Source: Kofleriaceae bacterium
GTDB taxonomy: Bacteria > Myxococcota_A > Polyangia > Haliangiales > Haliangiaceae
DNA: 64,000 nucleotides
NCBI GenBank assembly: GCA_039935615.1
Contig: JBDTJY010000032.1
Coordinates: 14,265 to 78,264 of the forward strand
Reading direction: 5' to 3'
Part shown: piece by piece, positions 24,597 through 36,046 of the stretch
Position numbering within the stretch: the stretch's first letter is position 1
How the letters are laid out: every line of letters begins with the position of its first letter
Made by a program: the position numbers and the translations under genes
The notes under the pieces: generated by a model
What the model was told of the DNA's origin: nothing
The model's database searches: none
Seen by the model: the letters and a program-made list of their open reading frames with translations, nothing else

Positions 24597-26747
24597 GTGC
24601 TCGCTCGGCGGATTATCGCAGTATCGCCGGACAAGGGGTTCGGCAAACAATTGGCGACGGCGCTCAAAGCAGCCGGCGGCGCGGTCGATCTGCACGCGAC
24701 CATCGACGAGCTCGGCAAGGGCGAGATCCAAGCGGCGCTCGTCGTACTGCACCTCGAGGGCGACCTCGCGATGGCGACGTCCGAGCTGCTGCCGCGCCTG
24801 AGCGGCGACGCGCGCGTGATCTGCATCCTGCCGCGCTCGAACCTCGCGGCGGTCGTCGACACGATGCAGTCCTCGGATCGCGTGGCCGGCCTGCTGACGA
24901 CCGAGCAGTTCGATTCGCGCGAGCTGTCCGCGCTCGCGACCCGCGTCCTCGCCGGCGACATCTTCGGTCTCGAGAAGCTGATCAACTGGGGGACGCAAGT
25001 CCACAACCAGTTGGTCGGCGACTACCAAGAGAAGTCGCTCGCGATCTCGCAGATCTCGGAGTTCGCCGAGCTGATGGGCGTGCGCCGCAAGTATCGCGAG
25101 TCGATCGAGCAGTGCGTCGACGAGATGCTGATGAACGCGCTCTACGACGCTCCGGTCGACGAGCACGGCCACCCCCTGTTCTCGGAGATTCCGACCAAGA
25201 CGCGGATCTCGTTGCGCGTCGAACAGAAGGTCGTCGTGCAGTACGCGTGCGACGGCAAACGCTTCGCCGTCTCGGTCCGCGATGCGTTCGGCACGCTCGA
25301 GCGCGCGACCGTGCTGCGCTACCTCCACAAGTGCTTGCACGCCGAGCAACAGATCGATCGCAAGGTCGGAGGTGCAGGTCTCGGCCTGTACCTGATGGTC
25401 AACTCCGCGACCATCGTGTTGTTCAACGTGCTGCCCAAGGTCGCGACCGAGGTCGTCTGCGTGTTCGACCTCGAGATGCCGAAGATGCAGCTCGAAGAGA
25501 TCGGGTTCTTCCACGAGAAGATCGATGCGGGCGGTCGGCTCGCGACCGGACCGTCGAAGCGCTTGCCCGGCGTCGCGTATCCGGTCGAGCGCCGGCAGAG
25601 TCAGCAGCTCCCCGCCGTCGGCCCGTCGCCGCTGGTCGTGCGCGTGCTCGCGGGCGCGATCTTCGCGATGTGCGTGCTGATCGGCTTCGTCGCGTGGCCA
25701 CGGTTGACGGGCGGCAAGAAGACCGCGCAGGTCATGTTCCTCACGACCCCGAGCGGCGCGCAGATCGAGCTCGAGGGTCACAACGTCGGTTCGACGACGA
25801 ACGCCGGACTCGCGGTCGACCTCGAGGTCGGGCGCGCCTATGCGGTGGTCGCGCGGCTCGACGGCTACGAACCGAAGCAACAGGTCGTGCAGCCGAGCGC
25901 GAAAGGCAGCCAGGTCACGATCGAGCTCCACGCCATCGCGACGACCGTCGATGTCGACACCACGCCGACCGGCGCGACGATCCTGGTCGACGACAAAGAG
26001 CTCGGCCAGACGCCGCTGTCGCTGACGACGCTGGCGCCGGGATCGGCGGTGACCCTGACGTTCCGCAAGACCGGCTATCAAGATGCGATCGCGAAGCTCG
26101 ACGTGCCGGGCCCCGGCAAGCAGATGCGGTTGGTGCAGCCGCTCGCGGTCGCCGCCGAGTTCGCGCGCATCAAGCTGACGTCGGAGCCCTCGGGCGCATC
26201 GGTCACGCAGAACGGCAACCTCATCCCGGGCGTGCTGACGCCCGCCGACGTCCTCGTCGAGGCCGGCAAGCCGGCGCGGTTCGTGATCTCGATGGCGCAC
26301 AAAGTGCCGGTGGTGATCGAGCCGTTCACGCCCGGGCGCGGCGCCGACGGCATCACGAAGCACGTCAAGCTGGTCGACGGCGCCGACCTGCATGTCGAGA
26401 CCAGCATCGAGGGCCGGCTCAACGTGTCGAACGCGCCGCACTGCCAGGGCGTCGCGACGCCGGCGGATTGCTTGCTCGCGAAGGGGCCTTACACGCTCGA
26501 CTTCACCGGTCCAGCGAACGCGCACGTCGTCCGCAAGATCGTGATGACGGACAAAGACCTCAACGAGAAGATCGAATTCGGATTCGTCGACGCAGCCAAC
26601 GGCAAGCAGATCGTCGTCGCGCCCGGCATCGTGTCGAGACACGTAGCGTACGAGGTCGGGCCGCACCAGGTCACCGTCAACGATGAATCGGGAACCCATC
26701 CGGTGGCGGTCCGCGTGAAAGTCGCCACGACGGTGGTCGTCAACTAA
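24597..26747 (+). CDS. Transmembrane signalling-type protein: pseudo-receiver + GHKL/anti-sigma-kinase-like ATPase-like domain + TM + periplasmic PEGA repeats
   Basis: 716 aa. N-terminal REC-like fold with His where the phospho-Asp is expected (ALVVLHLEGD). GGAGLGLYLMVNSA. TM LVVRVLAGAIFAMCVLIGFVAW. Repeated PEGA-like units (TTPSGAQIELEG, TTPTGATILVDD, SEPSGASVTQNG). Confidence 0.8.
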   Translation: MLARRIIAVSPDKGFGKQLATALKAAGGAVDLHATIDELGKGEIQAALVVLHLEGDLAMATSELLPRLSGDARVICILPRSNLAAVVDTMQSSDRVAGLLTTEQFDSRELSALATRVLAGDIFGLEKLINWGTQVHNQLVGDYQEKSLAISQISEFAELMGVRRKYRESIEQCVDEMLMNALYDAPVDEHGHPLFSEIPTKTRISLRVEQKVVVQYACDGKRFAVSVRDAFGTLERATVLRYLHKCLHAEQQIDRKVGGAGLGLYLMVNSATIVLFNVLPKVATEVVCVFDLEMPKMQLEEIGFFHEKIDAGGRLATGPSKRLPGVAYPVERRQSQQLPAVGPSPLVVRVLAGAIFAMCVLIGFVAWPRLTGGKKTAQVMFLTTPSGAQIELEGHNVGSTTNAGLAVDLEVGRAYAVVARLDGYEPKQQVVQPSAKGSQVTIELHAIATTVDVDTTPTGATILVDDKELGQTPLSLTTLAPGSAVTLTFRKTGYQDAIAKLDVPGPGKQMRLVQPLAVAAEFARIKLTSEPSGASVTQNGNLIPGVLTPADVLVEAGKPARFVISMAHKVPVVIEPFTPGRGADGITKHVKLVDGADLHVETSIEGRLNVSNAPHCQGVATPADCLLAKGPYTLDFTGPANAHVVRKIVMTDKDLNEKIEFGFVDAANGKQIVVAPGIVSRHVAYEVGPHQVTVNDESGTHPVAVRVKVATTVVVN

Positions 26748-26961
26748 CCTTCGCGGCGGTTTTCTTCGCCGGCGGCTTCGCCTTCCGGATGATGTTCGCA
26801 CCTCGGATCGGCGACGAACCGCTGCTCGCTCGCACCACCGACGCGCCGGATCACCCCGGCCGCGATGTCGGTATCCTGGTCGTCGTCGGTGGCGAGCTCG
26901 GCGCGTATCGGTAATCACATGTCAGGCGCGTTCCGGAGCGCCTGCTGTATGGTCGCCGGCG

Positions 26962-28251
26962 ATGTTCCGGTGCCTGATCGTCGTGGTCGTGCTCGCGCGG
27001 GTCGCCGCGGCGTCGCCGACGATGACGTTCTCCTCGGATCCGCATCCCGGGATCCATCGCGAGACCTGGGAAGACTCGACCGTGCCGTGGCGCACGCGCC
27101 TGATCCGCATCGATCTCACCTCGGCCGAGATCGCGGTGTACGCGACCAAGGAATCCGACCGCGGCATCACCACGACCGCGTACGCCGCGCGGGTCGGTGC
27201 CCAGGTCGCGGTCAACGGCGACGCGTTCTCGGTCGATAACTTCCTGCCGCGCGGCCTCGCGATCGGCGCGTCCGACGTGTGGTCGAACACGATGGACGAC
27301 AGCACGTCCGCGATCTTCCACATGCGCCGGGTCGGCGAACGCACCGTCGCCGGCATCGTTCCGCCGGCACCGGTGACCACGCCCGCCGACCTTCCGGACG
27401 GCACCGAAGGCGCGGTCTCGGGACGCCCGCTCGTCGTCAGCGCCGGCCAGGTCCCGACGACGTTCGACTGCACCGACGCGGTCACGCTCGCGTGCGAACG
27501 TGCACCGCGCACCGCGGTCGCGCTGTCCGCGGATGGCAATACGATGTGGCTCGCCGTGACCGATGGCTGGCAGGCCGGCACGCTCGGCATGACCGCCGCG
27601 GAGCTCGGCACGTTCCTGCTCGCGCGCGGTGCCTACAACGCGCTCGCCCTCGACGGCGGCAGCTCGTCGACGCTCGACGTCGATGGCAAGCTGATCTCGT
27701 CGCCGTCGGATGGCGTCGAGCGTGCGGTCGCGAACCACGTCGCGGTGAAATACGGCTCGTTGCCGAAGGGGCAACTCGTCGGCCTGATCTGCAAGCACGA
27801 CGTGATCGGCTGCGGCGACGACCCCACGCGCCAGATGGCGGGCGTGAAGGTCTATCTCGACGACGGCCGCGAGTTCACGACCGCCACCGATGCCGAGCTC
27901 TACGACTTCACGGCCGTGACGCAACGCCTCGCGTGCGTCACGGCCAAGAAAGCCGGCTACCTGACCAAGACGCAATGTGCGCAGGTCGACGGCAACGGCA
28001 TCACCTACAACTCGATCGCGATGTTCGAGGGCACCGACACGCCGGATGCGGGCATCACCGACGACGCGGGCACCGATGACATCGATGCTGGGATGGGCAC
28101 GCATGGTCATGGCGATGCGGGAAATCCCGCCTCTGGCAGCAGTGGAGGCTGCTGCCAAGCGGCCGGTGATCACCTGCCAGGGCGCCCCGACGTGTGGGCA
28201 GTGGTCCTGGTCGCTTGGTTCCTGACACGTCGCCGCGGTACAACTGCTTAA
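26962..28251 (+). CDS. Secreted phosphodiester glycosidase family (NAGPA/DUF2233) protein with carboxypeptidase-regulatory-like domain and MYXO-CTERM-like sorting tail
   Basis: 429 aa. Signal peptide MFRCLIVVVVLARVAAA. PRTAVALSADGNTMWLAVTDGWQ...ALALDGGSSSTL. C-terminus SSGGCCQAAG...VWAVVLVAWFLTRRRG. Confidence 0.85.
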   Translation: MFRCLIVVVVLARVAAASPTMTFSSDPHPGIHRETWEDSTVPWRTRLIRIDLTSAEIAVYATKESDRGITTTAYAARVGAQVAVNGDAFSVDNFLPRGLAIGASDVWSNTMDDSTSAIFHMRRVGERTVAGIVPPAPVTTPADLPDGTEGAVSGRPLVVSAGQVPTTFDCTDAVTLACERAPRTAVALSADGNTMWLAVTDGWQAGTLGMTAAELGTFLLARGAYNALALDGGSSSTLDVDGKLISSPSDGVERAVANHVAVKYGSLPKGQLVGLICKHDVIGCGDDPTRQMAGVKVYLDDGREFTTATDAELYDFTAVTQRLACVTAKKAGYLTKTQCAQVDGNGITYNSIAMFEGTDTPDAGITDDAGTDDIDAGMGTHGHGDAGNPASGSSGGCCQAAGDHLPGRPDVWAVVLVAWFLTRRRGTTA

Positions 28252-28258
28252 AGCGGCT

Positions 28259-29622
<1,364 letters not shown>

Positions 29623-29623
<1 letters not shown>

Positions 29624-30693
29624 TGCGTAGCTGGTTGCTGATCGCGTTGGTCTCGACGGCGTGCGGTCACAAGGACAAACCCGCGGGCACCGGCAGCGGC
29701 TCGTCGATGCCGCCCGGTCATCCGATCCTCGTCGATGCGGCGCCACCACCGCGGGTCGATTGGACCGCGTGCAACACGGCGCTGCGCAAGGCCGCGACCT
29801 CTCCGCTCGACGTCCGCCCGCAGCTCGTGATCGCAGGCTGCGCGGTGTGCGGGGATTGGACGCCGATCCTGATGTGGAACCACCTGCAGACCGAGAAGGG
29901 TCCGAGCCGCGCGCAGATCGAGGCCGCGATGGAGACGTGTGGCTTCTGCAACGCGAACGCGAAGCAGCGCTTCCTCGGTACGCTCGATAACGCGCGCGGC
30001 ACGAGCGCTCGCACGCCGTGGCGCTACCTCGGCGAACAGTGCAAGGCCGAGGTCAGCGCCGCGCCCGACAACCGGTTCACGAGCGCGCCGTTCTACGCGC
30101 TCGATCGGATCGCGCGCGCCGCGACCGCCCACGGTGGCGAATCAGCGAACCTCATGGCCGCGGTCGAGCTGCCGCTGCCCGCGGTGTCGATCACCGGCTC
30201 GGGCATCACGTTGCCGGACGTCGATGCGGGGATTTCGCCGACCGCCGGTCCGCTCGCGATCACGATGATGGGCGATGGCCTCCACGTCGCGAAGCTGCCG
30301 CGCGCACGGCTCGGCGCGAGTGGCGTCGCGGTCGACCTCGGCAACTATCCCGGCGATGTCGTGAAGCCCGCGGACCTCGCGACGGCGTTGAAGAAGCTCG
30401 CCGCGGGCGATGCCACGGTCTCGATCGCGCTCCTCGTGCCGGTCGCCACCCCCGCCCAGCAGATCATCGCGGTCGCGGCTGCCGCTGCCGGCGTCGCGCC
30501 GACCTACCTCGCGGTCAACGCGCACGGTTCGCCCGAAGGCTGGGACCTGCCGGCGACGATTCCCGTCGCGCTGGTCGCGACCGGCGGAGACACGCTGAAG
30601 ATCGACGGCGAGATGACCGCGCAGTTGCTCGCGACCGAGCTCGCGAAACGAGCGAAGAGCGGTCAGAAAAAGATCGTGCTCGCGGGCAAGTGA
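29623..30693 (+). CDS. Cys-rich lipoprotein of unknown function
   Basis: ATG at 29623 shares one base with the upstream stop (TGATG). MRSWLLIALVSTACGHKD signal plus lipobox. The track ORF 29206.. is over-extended. Confidence 0.75.
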
Positions 30694-30738
30694 GTCCCTT
30701 GACGCGTCGCGTTGCTAGCGCCAATCTCTAGGTTCTCC

Positions 30739-32391
30739 GTGGCAGACGCAGCATATGACCTCGTCGTGATCGGCGGCGGCATCACCGGCGCCGGCATCGC
30801 GCGCGATGCAGCGCTCCGCGGCATGAAGGTCGTGTTGTTCGAGAAGGGCGACTTCGCCTCCGGCACGTCGTCGAAGTCGAGCAAGTTGATCCACGGTGGC
30901 CTGCGCTACCTCGAGCACGGCGAGATCCGGATGGTGTTCGAGTCGGTGTCGGAGCGCAGCGTGCAGTTGCGGGTGGCGCCGCACCTCGTGCGCCCGCTGC
31001 CGTTCCTGATCCCGATCTACAAGGGCGTGCGGCCCGGGTTCGAGCTCATGAATTTCGGGCTGTGGATCTACGACTCGCTCGCGCTGTTTCGCGTGCCTCG
31101 CGTCCACAAGGCGTTTCGTGGGACCAAGGCCGCGCTCGATCTCGAGCCGCAACTGCGAGCCGACAACCTGCGCGGCGCGTTCGAGTACTACGACTGCGCC
31201 ACCGACGACGCTCGGCTCGTGCTCGAGAACGCGCTCGATGCGATCGCGCTCGGCGCCGAGTGCCACACGTACACCGAAGTCCTCCGGTTCGAGCGCAATG
31301 CGTCGCAGCGGATCACCGGAGTCACGGTCCGCGATCGCTTGAGCGGCAAGCAATGGTCGGTCAAGTCGCGCGCCGTGATCCTCGCGGCCGGCGCGTGGAC
31401 CGACGAGATGGTGCGGCGGTTCGAGCTCCCGATCACACCGACGCGGCCGCTGCTGCGCCGGACCAAGGGCGTGCACATCGTGCTGCCGCGCGAACGCCTG
31501 CCGCTCGCGCGCGCGATCACGCTGATCTCGCCGGTCGATGCACGGGTGATGTTCGCGCTGCCGTGGCGCGACCGCAGCGTGCTCGGCACCACCGATACCG
31601 ACTACGACGGCTCGCCCGACGACGTCGCGGCCGATGCTGACGACGTCAACTATCTGTGCGAGAGCGGCAACGGCTACTTCCCCGGCGCGAACCTGACTCC
31701 GAGCGACGTGATCGCGACGTGGGCCGGACTGCGCCCACTGATCGCGCCGCCGCCGAAAGGCGACGACGGCGTCGACGAGAGCTCGGTGTCGCGCGAGCAC
31801 GAGGTGTTCACGCGCCCCGACGGCCTGGTGATCATCGCCGGCGGCAAGCTGACGACGTATCGCCGGATGGCGCGCGAGGCGGTCGGCAAGACGCTCGACA
31901 TGCTGCGCGAGATGGGCGACGAGCCCGCGAACCACAAGGAGACGACGAAGCATCGCCCGCTCCCCGGTGCGGTCGGGCTCGAGACCGCCGACCTCGCGGG
32001 CGTCGCCGCGATCGGCCGCCGGTTGATCGCGCAGCACGACATCGACCTCGATACCGCGACCCATCTGTGCGGCGTCTACGGCGCGCGCGCGCCCGAGCTC
32101 GGTGCCGCGATCGCGAAGGACCGAGCGCTCGGCGAACGCATGGATCCCGAGTTGCCGTACGTGTGGGCCGAGGTCGAGTTCGCCGCGCGCCACGATCTCG
32201 CGCGCACCGTCGACGACGTGCTCGCCCGCCGCGTCCCACTCTTGCTCGTGTCGCGCGATCAAGGGCTCGGCGTGTGCGACCGCGTCGCCGCGTTGCTCGC
32301 GAAGGTCCACGGCTGGGACGACGCGACGATCGCGAAGCAGGTCGACGAGTACCGCGCGGAAGTTGCGTTGAGCAGACGCTGGCGCCTGTGA
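30739..32391 (+). CDS. glpD: FAD-dependent glycerol-3-phosphate dehydrogenase
   Basis: YDLVVIGGGITGAGIARDAALRGMKVVLFEKGDFASGTSSKSSKLIHGGLRYLE. I prefer GTG 30739 over the TTG 30712 used by the track. Confidence 0.9.
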   Translation: MADAAYDLVVIGGGITGAGIARDAALRGMKVVLFEKGDFASGTSSKSSKLIHGGLRYLEHGEIRMVFESVSERSVQLRVAPHLVRPLPFLIPIYKGVRPGFELMNFGLWIYDSLALFRVPRVHKAFRGTKAALDLEPQLRADNLRGAFEYYDCATDDARLVLENALDAIALGAECHTYTEVLRFERNASQRITGVTVRDRLSGKQWSVKSRAVILAAGAWTDEMVRRFELPITPTRPLLRRTKGVHIVLPRERLPLARAITLISPVDARVMFALPWRDRSVLGTTDTDYDGSPDDVAADADDVNYLCESGNGYFPGANLTPSDVIATWAGLRPLIAPPPKGDDGVDESSVSREHEVFTRPDGLVIIAGGKLTTYRRMAREAVGKTLDMLREMGDEPANHKETTKHRPLPGAVGLETADLAGVAAIGRRLIAQHDIDLDTATHLCGVYGARAPELGAAIAKDRALGERMDPELPYVWAEVEFAARHDLARTVDDVLARRVPLLLVSRDQGLGVCDRVAALLAKVHGWDDATIAKQVDEYRAEVALSRRWRL

Positions 32392-32401
32392 GCGAAGCGA
32401 G

Positions 32402-32863
32402 GTGAGCGAGCATTTACTCGAGCTGTTCGGCCTGTACGGCGCCTGCCTCGTGATCTCGTTCGTCGCCGGGATGTTCCCGCTGGTCAGCATCGAGGCGTTC
32501 CTGATCGGCTACTGCGCGCTGCGCCCGGTGACCTGGCCCGAGTTCGTCGTGATGGTACTCCTCGGCGCGCTCGGTCATCAGATCGCGAAGACCGTGTGTT
32601 ACTTCGCCGGCATCGGCGCCCTCGAACATCGCCGGCTCAAGCCGATGATCGCGAAGTGGCAGCCGCGCATCGATCGCTGGAACAAGTATCCGTGGGGCAT
32701 CTTCTGGCTCGCGTCGATCTTCGGCTTGCCACCGATGTGGCTCCTCGGCTTCATCGCGCGGCCGCTGATGCACCTGCGGTTCCTGCCGTTCACGCTCGTG
32801 TGCTTCTTCTGCCGTGCCGGTCGCTACGCGTTCGTCGCGGCGATCCCGATGCTCGCGAAGTAG
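32402..32863 (+). CDS. Small integral membrane protein (DedA/VTT-like, YqaA-type)
   Basis: 153 aa, 4 hydrophobic segments. GTG start 10 nt after the glpD stop. The family assignment is tentative. Confidence 0.65.
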   Translation: MSEHLLELFGLYGACLVISFVAGMFPLVSIEAFLIGYCALRPVTWPEFVVMVLLGALGHQIAKTVCYFAGIGALEHRRLKPMIAKWQPRIDRWNKYPWGIFWLASIFGLPPMWLLGFIARPLMHLRFLPFTLVCFFCRAGRYAFVAAIPMLAK

Positions 32864-32870
32864 TGCTACC

Positions 32871-34229
32871 GTGGCGGGTGTGAAGCGTGTCGATGCGTCG
32901 CGCGTGCTGATCGTCGACGACGAGAAGAACATCCGCACCACGCTGACGATGTGCCTCGAGAGCATGGGCTGCACGGTCACCGGCGCGAGCACGACCGAAG
33001 CCGCACTCGCCGCGGCGGAGCGCACCGCGTTCGACCTCGCGTTCGTCGATCTGCGCCTCGGCGATGAAGACGGGATGGCGCTGCTACCGCGGTTGCTCGC
33101 CGCGCGCCCGGGGCTCGCCGCGATCGTCGTCACCGCGTACGCGACGATCGATACTGCCGTGCAGGCGATCAAGCTCGGCGCGGTCGACTACCTGCCGAAG
33201 CCGTTCACCCCGGCGCAGATCCGCTTGGTCGTCGAGCAGGTGCTCGCTCGCCGGGCGACCGAGCGCAAGGTCGCCGACCTCGAGGCGCAGCTCGCGGACG
33301 AGCTCCCCGGCATCGACCTGTCGTCGCGCGCGCCGAAGATGATCGCGGCGTTCGAGCTCGCCGGGCGCGCGGCCGCGAGCGACGCGCCGATCCTGTTGCG
33401 CGGCGAGAACGGCACCGGCAAGAGCGTACTCGCCCGCTACGTCCACGCTCGCAGCAAGCGCGCGGGTCAGAGCTACGTCACGGTCAACTGCCCGACGCTG
33501 TCCGAGGACCTGCTCGCGAGCGAGCTGTTCGGTCACGCGATCGGTGCGTTCACCGGCGCGGTACGCGATCAGTCGGGCCGCGTCGAGTCGGCCGAAGGAG
33601 GCACGCTGCTGCTCGACGAGATCGGCGAGATCACACCAGCGCTGCAGGCGAAGCTGCTGCGGTTCGTCCAGGACAAAGAGTTCGAGCGTGTCGGCGAGGC
33701 CCGCACGCGCCACGCCGACGTCCGCGTGATCGCGGCGACGAATCGCGACCTCGATGCCGATGTCAAAGCGGGGCGGTTCCGCGAGGACCTGCTGTTCCGG
33801 CTCAACGTGATCGAGATCCACGTGCCGCCGCTGCGCGAGCGCGGCGAGGACATCCTCGAGATCGCGCGCAAGTTCCTCGCGTTCTTCGCACGCGCCGCGA
33901 ATCGCCCGACCCCGACGCTCGCCCCGGATGCCGAACACGCGCTCGCGGCGTACGCGTGGCCCGGCAACGTCCGCGAGCTGCGCAACGCGATGGAGCGCGC
34001 GATCATCCTGTTTCCCGGCAACGTCGTCGGTATGGCGGCGCTGCCCGAGCGGATCGCGCCCCACCCCACGACGTCGCCACGGCTCGGCGGCGACTTCACG
34101 CTCGACCAGATCGAGCGCGAGCACATCGAGCGCGTGATCGCTCGCACCGCGACGCTCGACGATGCCGCGAGCGTGCTCGGCATCGATTCGTCGACGCTGT
34201 ATCGCAAGCGCAAGCGCTACGACGGCTGA
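32871..34229 (+). CDS. NtrC-family sigma54-dependent response regulator
   Basis: [14 protein letters not shown], Walker [16 protein letters not shown]-terminal HTH. Start is GTG 32871 or 32880. Its 3' end overlaps the 3' end of the convergent kinase by 13 nt. Confidence 0.9.
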   Translation: MAGVKRVDASRVLIVDDEKNIRTTLTMCLESMGCTVTGASTTEAALAAAERTAFDLAFVDLRLGDEDGMALLPRLLAARPGLAAIVVTAYATIDTAVQAIKLGAVDYLPKPFTPAQIRLVVEQVLARRATERKVADLEAQLADELPGIDLSSRAPKMIAAFELAGRAAASDAPILLRGENGTGKSVLARYVHARSKRAGQSYVTVNCPTLSEDLLASELFGHAIGAFTGAVRDQSGRVESAEGGTLLLDEIGEITPALQAKLLRFVQDKEFERVGEARTRHADVRVIAATNRDLDADVKAGRFREDLLFRLNVIEIHVPPLRERGEDILEIARKFLAFFARAANRPTPTLAPDAEHALAAYAWPGNVRELRNAMERAIILFPGNVVGMAALPERIAPHPTTSPRLGGDFTLDQIEREHIERVIARTATLDDAASVLGIDSSTLYRKRKRYDG

Positions 34230-36046
34230 GCCACGGTCTTGACCGTGAACCAGATCGTGGTGCCCGGTCCCGGGCTCTCCACCACGCCGATGTCACCGCC
34301 GTGCGCGCGCACGTTCTCGCGCGCGATGAACAGGCCGAGCCCCGCGCCACCGGCGGGCGCGCCCGGCACCCGCACGTACTTGTCGAAGATCGTCGTGCGG
34401 AACTCCGCAGGAATGCCCGGGCCCTCGTCTTGGACTTCGAACCGAACGTAGCCCGCTTGCGCCAGCGCGCGCACCGTCACCGTGCCGTTCGCCGGTGTGT
34501 AGTGCAGCGCGTTACCGAGGAGGTTCGCGAACACCAGGGCGATCCGATCGTGTTCGACCTCGACCGGCGTCATGTCGGGCAGCACCTCCGAGCGCAGCGT
34601 CACCTGGCGCTGCGCCGCGACCGAGCGCTGCGCAGCGATCGCCTCGTCGACGAGGGCTTCCGGATCCTGCGGCGCGGTCCGCATCTCGATCCGGTTCGCC
34701 TCGATCCTCGACAGGTCCAACAGCTCGTCGACGATCGATTGCAGGCGGTCGCACTCTTCGCGCGCCGCGAACACCAGGTCGGCCTGCTTCGCGGTCAACG
34801 GGCCGACGGTCTCCTCGGCGAGCAGGTGGACCGCCATCCGCAGCGACGTCAACGGGGTGCGGAACTCGTGCGCGACGGTCGCGACCAGGTCGTTGCGGAG
34901 CTCCTCGAAGCGATGCAGGCGCGTCACGTCTTGAAACACGATCGTCGCGCCGACCACATCGCCTTCGTCCGCGTAGAGCGGCGCCGCGCGCGGCAGGAAC
35001 AACCGATCGCCTTCGCTGGTCGGGACGCGCACCGCCTCGTCGAGCCCTTTCGGCACGTACGGCCCGTGACCGGCTGCGACGTGCACGCGCAGCCGCTCGA
35101 TCACGCTGCGGATCGCCGGCTCCGCGCTCGCGATGCCACCGGTCTCGGCGCGGGTCTTCAACACGGTCTCGGCCGCCTGGTTCGCGTGGCGCAGCGATCC
35201 GTCGAGCGCGACCACCACGACCGGATCCGGCAGGCTGTCGATCGTCGCCTGCGCCGCGAGCTGAGCTTCGAGCAGCTCGCCGAGCGAGCTCGCGCGATAC
35301 TTCTGGAGCCGCTCGGCCATCGTGTTGAGCTCGCGCGCGACCTCGCCGATCTCGTCGCGACTGTCGACGCGCGCGCGGACGACGAGGTCGCCTTCGCCGA
35401 GGCGCCGCGCGGTCTGGCCGAGGACCGCGAGCGGTCGCAGCACCCGGGTCGTGATGATGCTCGACGCCGCGAGGCCGAGGATCAACCCGGCGAGCGACAC
35501 CAAGACCAGCAGCGTGTTCGAGCGGTTCGCGAGCGCCTGCGCGCGATCGCTCTTCGCGATCATCGCGTCCTGGTTCATCGTCAAGATCCCGTCCGCGGTG
35601 GTCTTGACCGCGAGGAAGGCACCGAGCATCGAGTCGAAGTAGCGCTGCCCGAGCGCGAGGCCGGCCGGATCGCGCCGGACGTCCGCGATCGCCGCCGTGT
35701 ACGCGGTCCAGGCCACGCGCAGCTTCGCCGTCGCGTCGTGCTCGCCGCGCTCCGTGATGTTCGCCTCCTGCGCGGAGAGCTCCGCCTCGAAGCGCGGGAT
35801 GTTCGCGTTGATCTGATCGAGCCCCATCGTGACCTTGCCGAGGGTCACGAACGTGATGCCACTATCGATCCGCTCGGCCGCCTCCTTCATCCGCTCGGCC
35901 GCGAGCACGCTGCGATAGTTGTCCTCGAGGATGGTCTGCGACTCGCGACCGAGGTCGCGCGCGACCAGGCTGCCGACGACGATCGTCACGCCGAGTGCGA
36001 TCACCAGCGGCAACTGCGCGAGCATCAGCTTGGTGCGCATCCTCAT
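34217..36046 (-). CDS. Sensor histidine kinase (TM, four-helix-bundle-like sensor, TM, HAMP, PAS, HisKA, HATPase); last gene of the kdp string
   Basis: 609 aa from ATG 36046 (MRMRTKLMLAQLPLVIALGV...), with an ATGA overlap onto the upstream stop. H-box ATVAHEFRTPLTSL, then NLLGNALHYT, DEGPGIP, GLGLFIAREN. Confidence 0.9.
   Translation of the reverse strand: MRMRTKLMLAQLPLVIALGVTIVVGSLVARDLGRESQTILEDNYRSVLAAERMKEAAERIDSGITFVTLGKVTMGLDQINANIPRFEAELSAQEANITERGEHDATAKLRVAWTAYTAAIADVRRDPAGLALGQRYFDSMLGAFLAVKTTADGILTMNQDAMIAKSDRAQALANRSNTLLVLVSLAGLILGLAASSIITTRVLRPLAVLGQTARRLGEGDLVVRARVDSRDEIGEVARELNTMAERLQKYRASSLGELLEAQLAAQATIDSLPDPVVVVALDGSLRHANQAAETVLKTRAETGGIASAEPAIRSVIERLRVHVAAGHGPYVPKGLDEAVRVPTSEGDRLFLPRAAPLYADEGDVVGATIVFQDVTRLHRFEELRNDLVATVAHEFRTPLTSLRMAVHLLAEETVGPLTAKQADLVFAAREECDRLQSIVDELLDLSRIEANRIEMRTAPQDPEALVDEAIAAQRSVAAQRQVTLRSEVLPDMTPVEVEHDRIALVFANLLGNALHYTPANGTVTVRALAQAGYVRFEVQDEGPGIPAEFRTTIFDKYVRVPGAPAGGAGLGLFIARENVRAHGGDIGVVESPGPGTTIWFTVKTVAQPS

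Noticed and set aside
26923-26944. Hairpin or palindrome CAGGCGC-gttccgga-GCGCCTG, 18 nt upstream of the NAGPA-family gene.
   Set aside because: It is a short 7-bp GC stem in GC-rich DNA with no U tract and no repeat elsewhere in the window, which is too weak to call as a regulatory element.
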